From Psilocybe cubensis (Eukaryota): a DNA stretch of 64,000 nt. Shown here piece by piece: positions 35,409 to 47,526 of this stretch. The position numbers and the translations under genes were made by a program. The DNA lies in contig CM039005.1 of the NCBI GenBank assembly GCA_017499595.2, positions 744,001 to 808,000 on the forward strand, written 5' to 3'. Below the pieces are notes generated by a model. The model ran no database searches. It had not been told where the DNA came from and worked only from the letters and a program-made list of their open reading frames with translations. How positions within the stretch are numbered: the stretch's first letter is position 1; every line of letters begins with the position of its first letter.

Positions 35409-37304
35409 ATGAGACGTTTTCCCCCAAGAAATATCCCCTGGAGTTCTGGTACACCTCTCCCTACTAGCTCCAACTTTCTAGTCCATTGGTCGTGCGACCG
35501 ATGTCGACTAATGGACTGCCATGCTATACACGACTACGCTGCGTCGAAATGTCCCCTTCAAGAATGCGACGCATGCAAAGAACTCGAAGAGCTCGACGCA
35601 GAAATAGAGGATCTGCAAGATCGACTCATAGCTCTAGCCCGAAGACGGTGGTCGTTGAAGACCAAGGTCAACACCCGCCATGACCAAATCCTGCGCCACC
35701 TCCCCACCGAAATAGTGACCGAAATATTCCTCCTCGTGGCGGACTCTTTGCGAGACGCCTCTTCGCTGCGATGGGATCGGCCTCCGCTGGGCTACTACTC
35801 CTGTCCCCCGCTGTACCTCGGGGCTGTTTGCAAGGAGTGGCGGGGGATTACCTTGGGAATGCCGCTTCTGTGGAACAACTTGTCTATCAACGCCTGGAGC
35901 CAGAAATCCCATCTTAGCATTATGGAGGAATGGCTTAGACGGTCGAGCACGGCGCCTCTTGCTGTGGCGTATCATGGAGAGCACCTGTGGGGGCCCAGTG
36001 GCAGCACCAAGGCCCGTCCGGCCCCTCGTCTGATACAGCTGCTCAGACACCACGCTCCGCGCTGGGATCACATCACGTTCAGCGGTCCATGGAAATCGTT
36101 TCACGAGTTGATGCACAACAGCGATATTACCACACCTGTTGACACGCTCGACATTCACATATTCATCGAAAATACCTCCTCGATGGAGCCTGTGAGCCTA
36201 AAATCACCACTCAACCCGAGATTTCTGACCGTTTGCGCTACACCTATCAATAAGATTCCTCTCGAATGGAGTCGTCTCACCCGACTCCATGCGACATCCA
36301 TGCACCTCGACGAAGTGATGCACATTCTTACCAACGGGTGTAACTTGCTAGAGTGTGTTATCAAAGATGTCGTCGGGAACAAATCCATATACCCTCTGCC
36401 TACTTCTCCTTTTGTCCACAAGTCCATATACATGATGACACTCGGCAGTCCTGATTTAGAAAACTCGGACGTCCTCTATTATCTGACTCTTCCTTCTCTA
36501 CAGATTCTGGACTATGAAGCTCAGCACGACCTTGTCTTGCCCACCACGCTCGTCTCGTTCCTGGAGCGTTCTCGCGCGCCCATACATACCTTCCGGTTCA
36601 AGTACACTCTAGGGTCCCTGGATATCCCATGGTATGACTGCCTTCCTGGTATAACGCACCTAGAACTCGGTATCTACGGCTACAACGACGCCTTGCACGC
36701 CTCGGAGAGGTTCTTGGAAGCGCTCTCGCGAGCCTCCAACCCACTGACTCTGCCGCATCTTCGAGAACTGAGGATGTATATGCATTCTATTCCGAAGTCC
36801 TTCTGGTCTACTCTCCGGGATATATGCAAGGATTCTCAGTATGGATCTAGAGCGTCGGCGACTTTTGACTCGACGTCTGCCGTTTCCCAGGACGACGCGG
36901 GCGTACAACTGCAACTCGACCCCGGCGATCAACCTCAGCATCAGCATCAGCATCAACCTCAGCCTCAGCCTCAACCTCAAGCTTCCTCTTCCTCCTCCTT
37001 TTCCACTTCCACTTGTACACCCCCTCCCGCGCCCGTGTGCACAGTGCAACGACGGCCTCTAGACTCAGTCTACATCCAACACCTCGCGCAGCACTGGCGC
37101 GAGATGACAGAAGACGACGTCATCCAGCAGATGCTCGACACCAAAGCGTCGGGCATCCGCTGTCTCGAGGTCAAAGACAACCACGGGAACGACCTCATCA
37201 CAAGTGCTATCAACGTCTCGACGAGCCGCCATCTGCCGTTCTCGAGGAAGTTTGCGCGCAGGAATTCGACGTGGGATGGGTGGCCGTCGGATTCGGATAG
37301 TTGA
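35409..37304 (+). CDS. F-box-like/LRR protein with N-terminal Cys-rich motif and coiled coil
   Basis: CDRC..C..H..C..CDAC, coiled coil, HLPTEIVTEIF...PLYLGAVCKEWRGITLGMPLLW; Q/H/P repeat at about 36929-36980; paralog of 8342-9988. Confidence 0.85.
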   Translation: MRRFPPRNIPWSSGTPLPTSSNFLVHWSCDRCRLMDCHAIHDYAASKCPLQECDACKELEELDAEIEDLQDRLIALARRRWSLKTKVNTRHDQILRHLPTEIVTEIFLLVADSLRDASSLRWDRPPLGYYSCPPLYLGAVCKEWRGITLGMPLLWNNLSINAWSQKSHLSIMEEWLRRSSTAPLAVAYHGEHLWGPSGSTKARPAPRLIQLLRHHAPRWDHITFSGPWKSFHELMHNSDITTPVDTLDIHIFIENTSSMEPVSLKSPLNPRFLTVCATPINKIPLEWSRLTRLHATSMHLDEVMHILTNGCNLLECVIKDVVGNKSIYPLPTSPFVHKSIYMMTLGSPDLENSDVLYYLTLPSLQILDYEAQHDLVLPTTLVSFLERSRAPIHTFRFKYTLGSLDIPWYDCLPGITHLELGIYGYNDALHASERFLEALSRASNPLTLPHLRELRMYMHSIPKSFWSTLRDICKDSQYGSRASATFDSTSAVSQDDAGVQLQLDPGDQPQHQHQHQPQPQPQPQASSSSSFSTSTCTPPPAPVCTVQRRPLDSVYIQHLAQHWREMTEDDVIQQMLDTKASGIRCLEVKDNHGNDLITSAINVSTSRHLPFSRKFARRNSTWDGWPSDSDS

Positions 37305-37720
37305 CTTGCTGTGTGATTGGGATGGGTAAGTTGGTGCCTGTGGGGTTGGTATTGTGTGTGGGGTGGTTTGTAGTTGGGACCCGTTGGTCTGTGAGTTCTT
37401 TTGTGTTGTATTGATGTATTATATGTGTTATATGTATAGACTAAGTGTCTGGCGCCTTGTTTCGATATGTCATTGATTTGGGTGTTTTGTTTTTGTGTTT
37501 GGAATGGATGGGGTGGGTGTTACGGGCGCGTAAGTACATAATTCTCTTACTTGGTTCTTCCTGAATCTTTAGTGGCATTCCTGGTTGCGAACCTGGTTGC
37601 CAAAAGTGGTGGCGAACATCAGATGTTCTGATACACAGCCCTCTATTGAAAATTTGAAGTTGTGGGTTGTCTCGCAGGAGTACTTGGATGTGTTGACCCT
37701 TGGACTTTGTATCACCCTGC

Positions 37721-38707
37721 CAGTGGTGGCATAGTCGGCGACTTTAGTCGATAGTCGGGACCCGACTAAGTCGACTAAGTCCGACTAAGTCGTCGACTAT
37801 CACCAAAAATGGAAATTTTTCCAGACTAAGTATCACGTGTAAAATAAAACTTTGATCAATCTGGGTTTCAACTAGACAGAGGCACGGCAAATCTGCGTTG
37901 ACAATTTTAATAATTGTGTACACTCCAAAAACAATTCCTACAGTGTATGCCAGACAATTCAAATCTATTTTACTTACATTTTGCGTGTGATAAGTACTAC
38001 AGCAGTTTGTGCGCCATCTTGAGACGTGTCGGAGTTTGATTGTGGATCAAGTAAGCGGCCCGACGGTGAATCACATCCACGGCGAGGTGATGTCCCACCC
38101 CAAACAACCTCCAACATTTTTACTTCTTCTTTATATCAGCCCAAACATCGATCTGAAATCCGGACTGTATTTAACTACGGAGGTGCAAACTCAATCAGGC
38201 CAGTCACAATCCAATCTTACTCATCTTACTCAACTAACCTCTTGCCTAATCAATGAGGAGACCCAGAAAATATTCCGGAAGACCTGGGAACACCTAAAAG
38301 TAGGTTAACTATGAGCTGGTTTAATTTTTTACAGGATGCTATTTGGATCCCACATGCAAAGCAAAGTGAAGTTGGAAGCTTGCATGAAGAATTAGAATTG
38401 TATGACCTATTTGATCTTGATGCACATGGTGAAATGAATATGTTGATTATGGTGTTGAGGATAACATTGATAGTATATTTACAATTTATGTGCACTCAAA
38501 GGTATTTATTCCTCTGCTACTGTACCAAAGACAAAATGTATGCAGACTACGAATCTGTGACGAAGTGCACATTTGAACGTGGGAAAGTCCCGACTATGAC
38601 TTCATATCGACCTATATTTGGGAACTTAGTCTAGTCTAGTCGGAAATCCGACTAAGCCGCATAGTCATGCGACTATTCCGACTAAGTCGCCGACTATGCC
38701 ACCACTG
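37721..38707. mobile_element. Non-autonomous hAT-type DNA transposon, 987 bp, copy 2 (inverted relative to copy 1)
   Basis: Same TIRs as copy 1; its own 8-bp TSD CACCCTGC at 37713-37720 and 38708-38715. Confidence 0.95.
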
Positions 38708-39067
38708 CACCCTGCAGCGTGAGCGGCGTAACGTATCGTCTGCATCTGTTTGCCTTTGACATCCAGGAACGGCGTAATGAGGCTATTTAGCCGAAGCGGG
38801 GCGCTGGGCTTTCGAAATCATTCGAATAGACCTTGCGAATTTTGTAATATTTGTAATTCGATTCCAGTGTTCCCTAGTGTTGGTGTTCCCCCTCCCAGTA
38901 TCTTGGGCCCGGTTACTTCTCCCAAAGAACACAGTTGAAGGCCGATTTTGCGAAGTTGCGACATTCAGAAAATGTTCAAGGAATGGTGGACTATTTACAT
39001 GAGAGTCTGTTGTATATATGCGCGTCCTATAGCTCTATTCATCTAGACTGTATCTAAAATCCCTCTT

Positions 39068-39748
39068 TCACAAAGTATCCCATGATTCGTCTATTGGCTC
39101 AAGACCGCCTGGTCCTTTAAATACCTCGACAATATCAGCTTGTTCAGAGAGCAAATGTCTGTCTGTCTGGATACCCTCTTTAGCCAGCTGCCTCCACCTT
39201 GCAAAGTCGTTCGGGTTTCTCTTGTCTCCGTGTGCTTCCAAGGGGTGCTCCCAGTGCCCTTTCGAAAACGCGATCAATGTCGTTATCTTCCTGTTAGGGA
39301 TGTCGTAGACGAGAGAGACGACGGTGCCCGTTTCTAGAATATTTTTAAGTAAATGTTTGCGAGGATGTCGAGATGTTCCAGGGAAGCGAGTGAGAATGTC
39401 GAAACCCACCCTCTAGCCAATTGCATTGCCAAAGTTCTTTGGGGCGAATACACTGATATGTCGCTTTTTGGTAATTGTATCTTCCAGCCATTGGACCACC
39501 GTGTATAGCATAGGTCACCCTCGTCTACAGTGGGCAGCAGCTAGAAGTTAGACGAAGTCGGATATAGAATAGGGGCACGGGTACGGAAGGTGTGCACCCC
39601 AAACGGCGAGAACGATTTACTGGATAGGGTTACGTACCTCATGAGAAAACCAAATTTCGTACCTCCATTTCTGGTGTTCTCCAGATTCCAACGTAACATT
39701 ATAGTCGTAAACCAAATGCACGTCTTCCAAGTCCTCTTGGAAAGACAT
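39068..39748 (-). CDS. Cofactor-free phenolic acid decarboxylase (PAD, lipocalin-like fold), 163 aa; exons 39748-39638, 39524-39410, 39333-39068
   Basis: Spliced product: MSFQEDLEDVHLVYDYNVTLESGEHQKWRYEIWFSHE|TRVTYAIHGGPMAGRYNYQKATYQCIRPKELWQCNWLE|ETGTVVSLVYD... It has the PAD YxY, HGGPMAGR and WxExTGT motifs. Confidence 0.9.
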
Positions 39749-40187
39749 TGGTTTTTGGGGGAGATGAGGAAGGATTCAGTCCGCGGAATCCTTCGCCTTT
39801 TCAATCCATTTCGGATTTCTGGTTTTTCATTTCTGACGTCAAGGGCGGCTATTCTAAATGTGGTTACCCAATACAGTGTAGGGAGTTCGGATTTCGCCGT
39901 CGGGGTCTCAAAGCGCGCCGCTACTGAAGATAGTTGGACAGGGGCATCCACAGTTTCGTCCAAACCGTTCTTTTGGTTCGTGAATGCTTCTAACTTTTGC
40001 ACGGTCACCTCGCCAATCCAGTGCGGTGCGGGCATACACCCATGGCAACCGTAGGTCCTGCTAAACACACAGTTTCTTTGTGGTAAAGCACTCTCATATC
40101 TTTTCTTGTATGTACTATCTCTCTTTTCTTCTCACATGCTTTTCTTTTTAATTCAAGTTTCTCTAGACAACGACTGTCCACGTAAAT

Positions 40188-42656
40188 ATGCCTCCACCGC
40201 GTGCAAGGTCTGCCAGCACGCCAAAGAAGATTGCTCGCAAACTCTCTATTTCCCTGCTCTCTGCTGCGCCCAAAGCACTCGTATTAGCGCCCTCCAACTC
40301 TACAGATTCATTCGTCTCCCCCGTCCCCGATTTACTGAACTCCAACGCGCCCCCCTCCGACTCAGAGCGCGCGTCTATCCAAGATGCTATCGACAGAGTC
40401 TCCGATGAAATCAACACCACCGTAGCTATACCCACACGAAGCGTCAAAACCCGGCGCCACTCCGAGGCAGGGCTCAAGTTTATCAAAACGCACAAAGCCA
40501 TCCTCTCCCCGCTGCGCGAGCTACCGCACGAGATCCTCTCCGAGATCATCTGCACTGCGTGTGAGACGTCCTTCTGGGACGAGCACCCGACAGGGTTCAC
40601 GTTTTCCCCCGCAGGCGCCGTGAAGCTGCCCTGGGCCGCGTCCCAGGTGAGCCGCTTCTGGCGCTCAGTGACGCTGTCGCTGCACCACCTCTGGGCGCAG
40701 ATCGTCATCGAGACATGCACGCGCGAAACATGCAAGCCTTCCAAATCGCTGCTTCCCCTCGTCGACACACTTTTAGCCCGGTCTGATCACGCGCCGCTCC
40801 GAATCCACTTTAGCACGTCAGGAACGGTCGACGTCGAGGCGCTGCGCCCTGTGATCGATGCCCTGGTGTCGAGCTCTGACAGGTGGCACACGTTTCATCT
40901 CACATCCGAGTCGCCAGTGTTTGATGCGTTCCAAGGGATCAGAGGCCGTCTGGCGTCGTTGCAGAAGCTCTCGTTAATTTTAGCAGGCGAGAACGTCGAC
41001 CTCACACGCCCGATCGATATGTTCGAATACGCACCGGTGCTGCAGGACGTGTATTACTGGCGCGACGCGTATCTCGGCTCGCGGGACATCAAGCTCCCAT
41101 GGGAGCAGATAAGGGTATTCCACGACTCCGGCGGCTCGTCTCCATCCTCATCCACCGCCCCCTCCACAGGATACTCCCGGCACACAGCGATCCCGACCCT
41201 GCGCTCTGCGCGCGACATCCGCATCGCGGACTTCTCCATCGACGACACGCAGAAGCCGTGGCCAGCAACGACCGCGCGGCACCTGCACACGCTGCACATC
41301 GACTTTGACGACCTCGACGACACCAACTTCAGCAGCTGGGGCTCGGACCACTTTCTGCCCAGCCTCACCGCGCCCGCGCTCGCGCGGTGCAAGATCACGA
41401 ATTACCCGGGCAACCCCGTCCCGACGCTCGTTGCGCTCATCGGGCGCGCGTGCGGGACGGCGGCGCCGTCGATGACGCTGCAGGAGCTCTCGCTTAGTGC
41501 GTTTTTTATGGATGAGTGTGGTGAGCCTGGAGAGCTCTCGGCGCTGCTTGAGCTTACCCCGCGGCTGAGGAAGCTGTCGGTGCATTTACCTTCGCTCGTA
41601 GACCTCTCGCGTCTTGTGGTGGTGCCAGGTGCGGCTGAGCCGCCTCTCCTACCGTGTCTGGAGGAGCTGTATATCTTTATGAGCTCGCATGAGAATTTCC
41701 ACAAGTATGTCGGGACGATATCGGAGCTTGCAAAGTCGCGCTGCGAAGCGCCCCACGAGTCCTCTTCCTCCTCCTCCTCCGAATCCAACACCACTTCATG
41801 CCCTTCACCCACCGGCACCCGCCCCGGGCGGCTCGCCCACCTGCGTCTCATCTCACACAGCACATTCGCATGCCACACAATCCACGAAGCGCTCGAGCGG
41901 CACATGCACGCGTACAGCACCGCCGGAGCCGGGACTGACACCGCTATAAACGAGAAGCAGCGCGCGCGGAACGAGGAGATCTACGAAGAGTGTCTGGCGC
42001 GGTACGACCCGCTCTCGACGGCGTTCCTCAACCTCGTCCCCTCGAAATTCGGCCTGTTTGATAATATCCGCTGGGCGATGGGCCTTGCGCGTTTTCTGAC
42101 CAAGACGGAGAGTAATTGGCGGATTAGGAATGAGCATCTTTATGTATGTCCCTTCCTTCCGTGATTTGTTTACTCTAAATCTAAAACCCATTTACTAACC
42201 CTTTATCACAGGCATACAACATCCACCACCTGATGTACCACATCTCCAGCCTCTCGCCCTCTGACCTCCCCGGTGAAAAGGTGTACAACTTCCGCCGTCG
42301 CGCGCGCGGGCTGCTGGATAAATGGGAGCCACTCCTCCGCGCGGACGTGGAGGCGCGCCGATGGGCGTTCCAGGGCGCGCATTCGGTTGTGTATGTGCCT
42401 AAGGATGATGGTGCGTGTGTTTTTTTTTTTTTGCGTTTTTTTAATTTTTTGGTTTTGGTTTTTTGGTTTTTCGGTTTTGGAGGGAGGTTCTTTTTGTTAG
42501 CATATATTAACCTACTTTTCTTTCAAATCCACAGCTATCCGCTCTGCATCCCCTGACGAGATGCTCAAGAAGATGATATACGGCGCTAAATTCTGGCCGC
42601 AGAAGTACTCGGAATCGTGGGATGATATGCAGGTTGCGCTGCAGTTTGTGGATTAG
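40188..42656 (+). CDS. F-box-like/LRR protein; exons 40188-42143, 42212-42410, 42535-42656
   Basis: LLNSNAPPSDSE...AILSPLRELPHEILSEI...PWAASQVSRFWRSVTLSLHHLWAQI; two canonical introns keep the frame to TAG at 42656. Confidence 0.85.
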
Positions 42657-43984
42657 ATTGGGAGGGAGGGAGGTGGTCGGCCTTCGCTTGATCGATATCA
42701 TCGCTCGTCGTCGTCGTCGCGGTCGTGGTGTTGTGTCGTCGATCAAGCTCTGAAGAGTCAAGCTACAAGCCAGTCACGAGTTGGAGTCAAGAGCCAACAG
42801 CCAAGAAGTCAAATAAAGTCAAGAGTCAAGTCAAAGTCAAGAAATGAAGGAATGAGAGTGAAAATGAAAAATCTGTTGAATGTCCGAAACGCACACACAT
42901 ACGCCGCATGCGCATATACCTGCATTATACCCTCGCACCTCGCACCTCGCATCAGCACCCTCCAACCGCCAACCTGCGATATGCGATATGCGATCTGTTA
43001 CCTTTACGTTTATTTCATTATCTTGTTAGTGTCTACATAGTGTCCACCACTGTCTGTCTGCTGTCTGCTGTCTGCTGTTCAACGTATACGTATAGATACC
43101 ACGCCTCTCACTGTCTTTTCCTTTTCCTTTTCCTTTTTGCTCTTTTGCTCTTTTTAGATTGCGTTTTTTGGATTGCGTTTTTTGGTTTTAGATCATGCAT
43201 TTCTTTGGTTTTTGGTTTTTTTGGTTTTCGGATTCGGTTCTTGGTTTCGGTTTCGTTTTGTCGGGATATAGTACACGGACATTCACCTCACTTCATATCA
43301 CATCGTTCAATACTTTGATACCCCTCATTTACATTGACCATTCACTTTCATTCATTCACATTCATTCACAATTCACTCATTGCATTTTATACGCTCGTTC
43401 ACCCATTCACCCGGTCTCACGTTTCTGCTATCTTTACGTTCATTCGGTCCTACGTTCATTCTGTCCATAGCATTTATTTTCATCCAGTATATACGATATA
43501 CCCCAGTACCATACCCGTATACGGTGTCCACTCCTGTCCTCGGACGCCTGTCACAATTCCGCGCAATACAATGCAATGTCTTGTTCGATATCCAGCCCCA
43601 TGTGTGGTTATCAATATTGGTTGTAGTGCCAAGTGCTGTGCAGTGAAGTGCAGTGAAGTGCAGTGAAAAAGAATTAGACGCGTATATGTATGTACATGTT
43701 TATCAGGATGTGCGTATGTATGCACGTATGCGCGCTTACTTCCGAGTCGCTTCACTTTGTTATCAAAGTCTTATAAGAATAAGATATCAACTCTATCCCA
43801 CATTTAAGAATTTTATGTATTGAAATCCACGGCCTAATGCACATGCAGATAATGAATAAGCAAACAGTACATCCATTCAAGAAAAAAAAAACAAAAAACA
43901 AAAAAAAAAACAAACGAAAAATTGTTAATCGTTAAGGTCATAACTCATCATCGTCATCACCGTCGTCGTCGTCGGTCGACTGAA

Positions 43985-44145
43985 AACCAAGAACCAAGAA
44001 CCAAGAACCAAGAACCAAGAACCAAGAACCAACAACCAACAACCAAGAACCAACAACCAAGAACCAACAACCAAGAACCAAAAACCAAAAACCAACAACC
44101 AAAAACCAAGAACCAACAACCAAAAACCAACAACCAACAACCAAG
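43985..44145. repeat. Heptamer tandem repeat AACCAA(G/C/A), about 23 units
   Basis: Directly visible aaccaag/aaccaac/aaccaaa array. Confidence 0.95.
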
Positions 44146-45093
44146 AAACGAAAATCGAGAATCGAGAATCTAGAACCGCATCGAGAACTAAAATCAAAAT
44201 CGAAATCGAGGTAGAAATATATAATATCCTTGCCACTTGCGTGCGCAGTGCGCAGTGTGCCACAAGTCTTTTCTTCGCACCGTCAATTCATCTCGGTACG
44301 AGACAGAACGCAACCAACCAAGCAAGCAACCAAGCAAACAAACTTCAAACAAACAAGCAACCAAGCAAACTAAGCATAACGAATCAATAAATTAAATCAA
44401 AGTCAAGTTGAATTCCGTGGACAATATCTAGTATCATGAGCAGAGGGGGAGGGAGGTGGGGGTTGAAATTGGGTTGAAATTGGGTTGAACGTTGAACGGT
44501 GGCGGTGGCGGTGGCGGTGGCGGTTATCAGCGAGCGAGCAGGTAACAGGTAACAGGTAATAGGCAACAGTAGCACGTATTTAAATACACAAATTCACAAG
44601 ATTCACAAAAAAGAAAAGAAAAAAGAAAACGTTTACACCAAAATAGAGAGAAAGAACGAAAAAAAAAAAAAAAAAAAAACAAACAAAACAAAAAACAAAA
44701 AAAGCACGAAAAAAACGAAAGAACGAAAAAGAACGAAAAACACAAATCAGAGAAAGGAAAAAGGAGACAGAGGCAAAAGCAAGAAATTCCAGTGATGGGT
44801 TCCAGTGATGGGGTCTGTGCCCGTGTCAGTGCCGGTGATGAGGATCGTGTGATGAGGTCATTGCGGTGGGTGTTGATACAAATCATGGACAGATAAATAA
44901 ATGAGAGGGGGGAATGAGAATGATTCTAAAAAGCGTCAGCGGCGGGTGTGGTGGGTAGGCAGACAGACGAGGACGAAGATGAGGACACAGACGAGGACAG
45001 GCGAGGACGAGGGCGAGGACAAGCGAGGACAAGCGAGGATGAAAGAGAGGGCGAGAGAGAGGGAAAGAAAAGGGGAAACCACGCGAACGCGAG

Positions 45094-47344
45094 CTATGAA
45101 AGCGACTCGTCCAACCTCGCGAGGTCATCTTTCGCAGACAACAAAATCTCCTACACACAAACCAATCAGCAAAAAGAAACCCTCAAACTGCAAACTCCAA
45201 AAAAAAAAAAAAAGCAAAAATCCAAAAAGCAAAGCAAAGAAAACACAAAAACACAAAAAAACGCACCGTAACAACCGCCTGCCTTGCCTCATCCTTAATC
45301 TCCTTCCACCTGCCCTCATAAGTCCTCAACAACTCATCATACTCATCCCTCTGCCTCCGATCCCCCCTCATCGCCGTCCTAATCACAGCTCTCAACACAC
45401 AAATCCCCGCAACCCACTCGACCTCATCAGCCTCCCACACCGCGTCCCGCGCCATCATCTCCGAAAACGCTCTACCCATAGCGTACGCGTAGCCGCTGTT
45501 ATCGGTGTCGTTCACCCGGCCCATGCCGAGCATGCCTAGTTCGAGTGCGGCGGCGTGGATCCGCGCCCATTGGATGTGGTCCTTGCGCCGTTGGCGGTCC
45601 ATTGCGATGCGTTGCATTTCTTCGGAGAGGGAGGCGCCGGAGGAGGAGGAGCTGACGACGACGGGGCCGGGGCCTTGGCCTTGGCCTTGGGGCCCACTGC
45701 CACTCCCACTTCCCCCTCCTCCGACTCCCCCGGAAGATTGTGGTCCGGCTCCGCCCTGCGCCCCGCCGCGCGCCTGTGGTCCGCCCGCGTGCTGATGCGG
45801 CATAGGCATAGGCATCGGTGGCACCCGCGCAGGCGCAGTCGGGATCCACGTCGAATACTTTCTAATCTGCATCTGCAGCGCGCGGGGGCCCGCCAGCGGG
45901 CCCGCTACACCCGCATGCACGATCGAGTTGGAGAAGTACGCTGACGCGTCGAGGAAGCGGCGGAGGTACGGGTGCGGGTCGCGGCTGAACGGCGATGCGC
46001 CCCCTCCCCCACCCAAACCCCCACCGCCACCGCCACCGACACCACCAACGCCACCCGCAGACCCATCCGCTGAAATGGCCTCAAATAGCGCGTCTACGAT
46101 GGGTGTGAGCGGTGTTGGAGATGGGTTCGCAGCGACGAAGCTCGCCACCATGTTCGCTACCGTGGACGACTCGAGGCCCTGCAAGAACGACTCGCGCATT
46201 GTTATCTTGTTCACGCCGAGACTGAGCGTCGTGAGGTTGTGCGCGGAGGTGGGGGTGGATAGTGTAGGTGTCGAAAGCGCGGTGCTCATCGAGGAGCTGG
46301 GCTGGAGCGCGCCGTACTGGATCGGCGAGAGCATGCCCTGCGCCTGTGCTTGGTGCGCTTGGGCTTGGGCTTGATGGGCTTGTGCGGCGGCGGCAGCGGC
46401 GGCGGAGGAGGAGGGGAGGACGCCTGATACGCCGTTGACGGGGCTTGCGGTGCTGCTCTCGCCGTGTGTGCTGTACGGTACCACATTTGGCGATGTCACG
46501 CTGGGATTCCATGAGATGTCGTTCGCGAGCGCCGCGGCTAGTAGTAGTTTTGTTGTCGTTGTCGTTCATGCAAAGCAAGGAGAGGAAGGAGAAGGAGGAG
46601 GAGGAGAAAAGCCAACAAAGAAAACACCATACATCAACATAAGCGCCGCACAACACACCGACGAACGGAAGCGCAACACCGTACCTTTCTCCGCCGCCTT
46701 TTTCGCGGAGCGCGGGCGGCCCTCGAGCTTGCGGCGTGTCCGGCCGACGGTGTTCTTGAACCAGTTGTAGATTTGCTGTTTGCGTTGCGTGTGGTGTGGG
46801 TGGTGGGTGTGATAAGTGTTGGGTGTTGGGTGTTGGGGTGGGTAGGCGGGGCAAGGGGAACGATAACGATAACAACACCAACGACGACAACAACCCCAAC
46901 AACAACGCAAATGACAATATGCACAAAAACACCAACGTCAACAACCCAACCAATCCTCCCAAGAAAAAAACGCAAGTACGAACCTCTTTAAACCTCGAAT
47001 CCGGCTCCTCGACACCGACAAACTCATCGGGGAGCCCAAAGCGGGCTATATAGTCCTGTGCGCGCTCGAGGGCAAACTTTTTCGCATCGCCGCGGATGGA
47101 GCCCTGGGAGCGGCGCTCGAACTCGGGGAGACTGCTGTTGGATTGGATGGGTGGGATTCAGGTTGTGAGAGGGGGGAGGGGGTGAGAGACATGAACAACA
47201 ACGGACAAAGGAGAGAGAGAGTAGAGTGAAGGGGAGAGGAGTGGAGAGGAGAGGAGAGAGTAAATACCTTTTAAGAAACGCAAGCTGCTGGTCGCTGTAA
47301 GCTTTCGGCAGGCGGGGCTTGTGTACCCTAGGATCGCTCGCCAT
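45094..47344 (-). CDS. Putative transcription factor with an atypical homeodomain-like N-terminus (5 exons)
   Basis: Spliced MASDPRVHKPRLPKAYSDQQLAFLK|SSLPEFERR...SRFKE|QIYNWFKNTVGRTRRK...; Ala/Gln/Gly-rich middle; helical C-terminus ending EILLSAKDDLARLDESLS*. All introns are GT..AG and frame-consistent. Confidence 0.65.
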
Positions 47345-47526
47345 CTCGAGACGGGTGAGACCTAGAACAGAAACCAACTGCCCCTCACTCAAAATCCCCA
47401 AACCAGATTTCACACCCCCGGATCTTGCCGGGTTGCACCATTCTTGTATAAAAATCCTATTTGTAAGGATGCATGTATGTATTTTGTATAGTAATAGGGT
47501 ATATGTATTCTAGCAGTATGTAGTTA

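Noticed and set aside
5546-37720. Inversion or composite transposition mediated by the two inverted hAT copies
   Set aside because: Each copy retains its own matched 8-bp TSD; recombination between them would have swapped the flanks.
39541-40068. 175-aa and 154-aa overlapping ORFs
   Set aside because: Off-frame or antisense to PAD exon 1 and its promoter.
43922-44263. Repetitive ORFs (NQEPRTK / FLVLGSW)
   Set aside because: Translations of a heptamer microsatellite; there are no unique spacers, so it is also not CRISPR.
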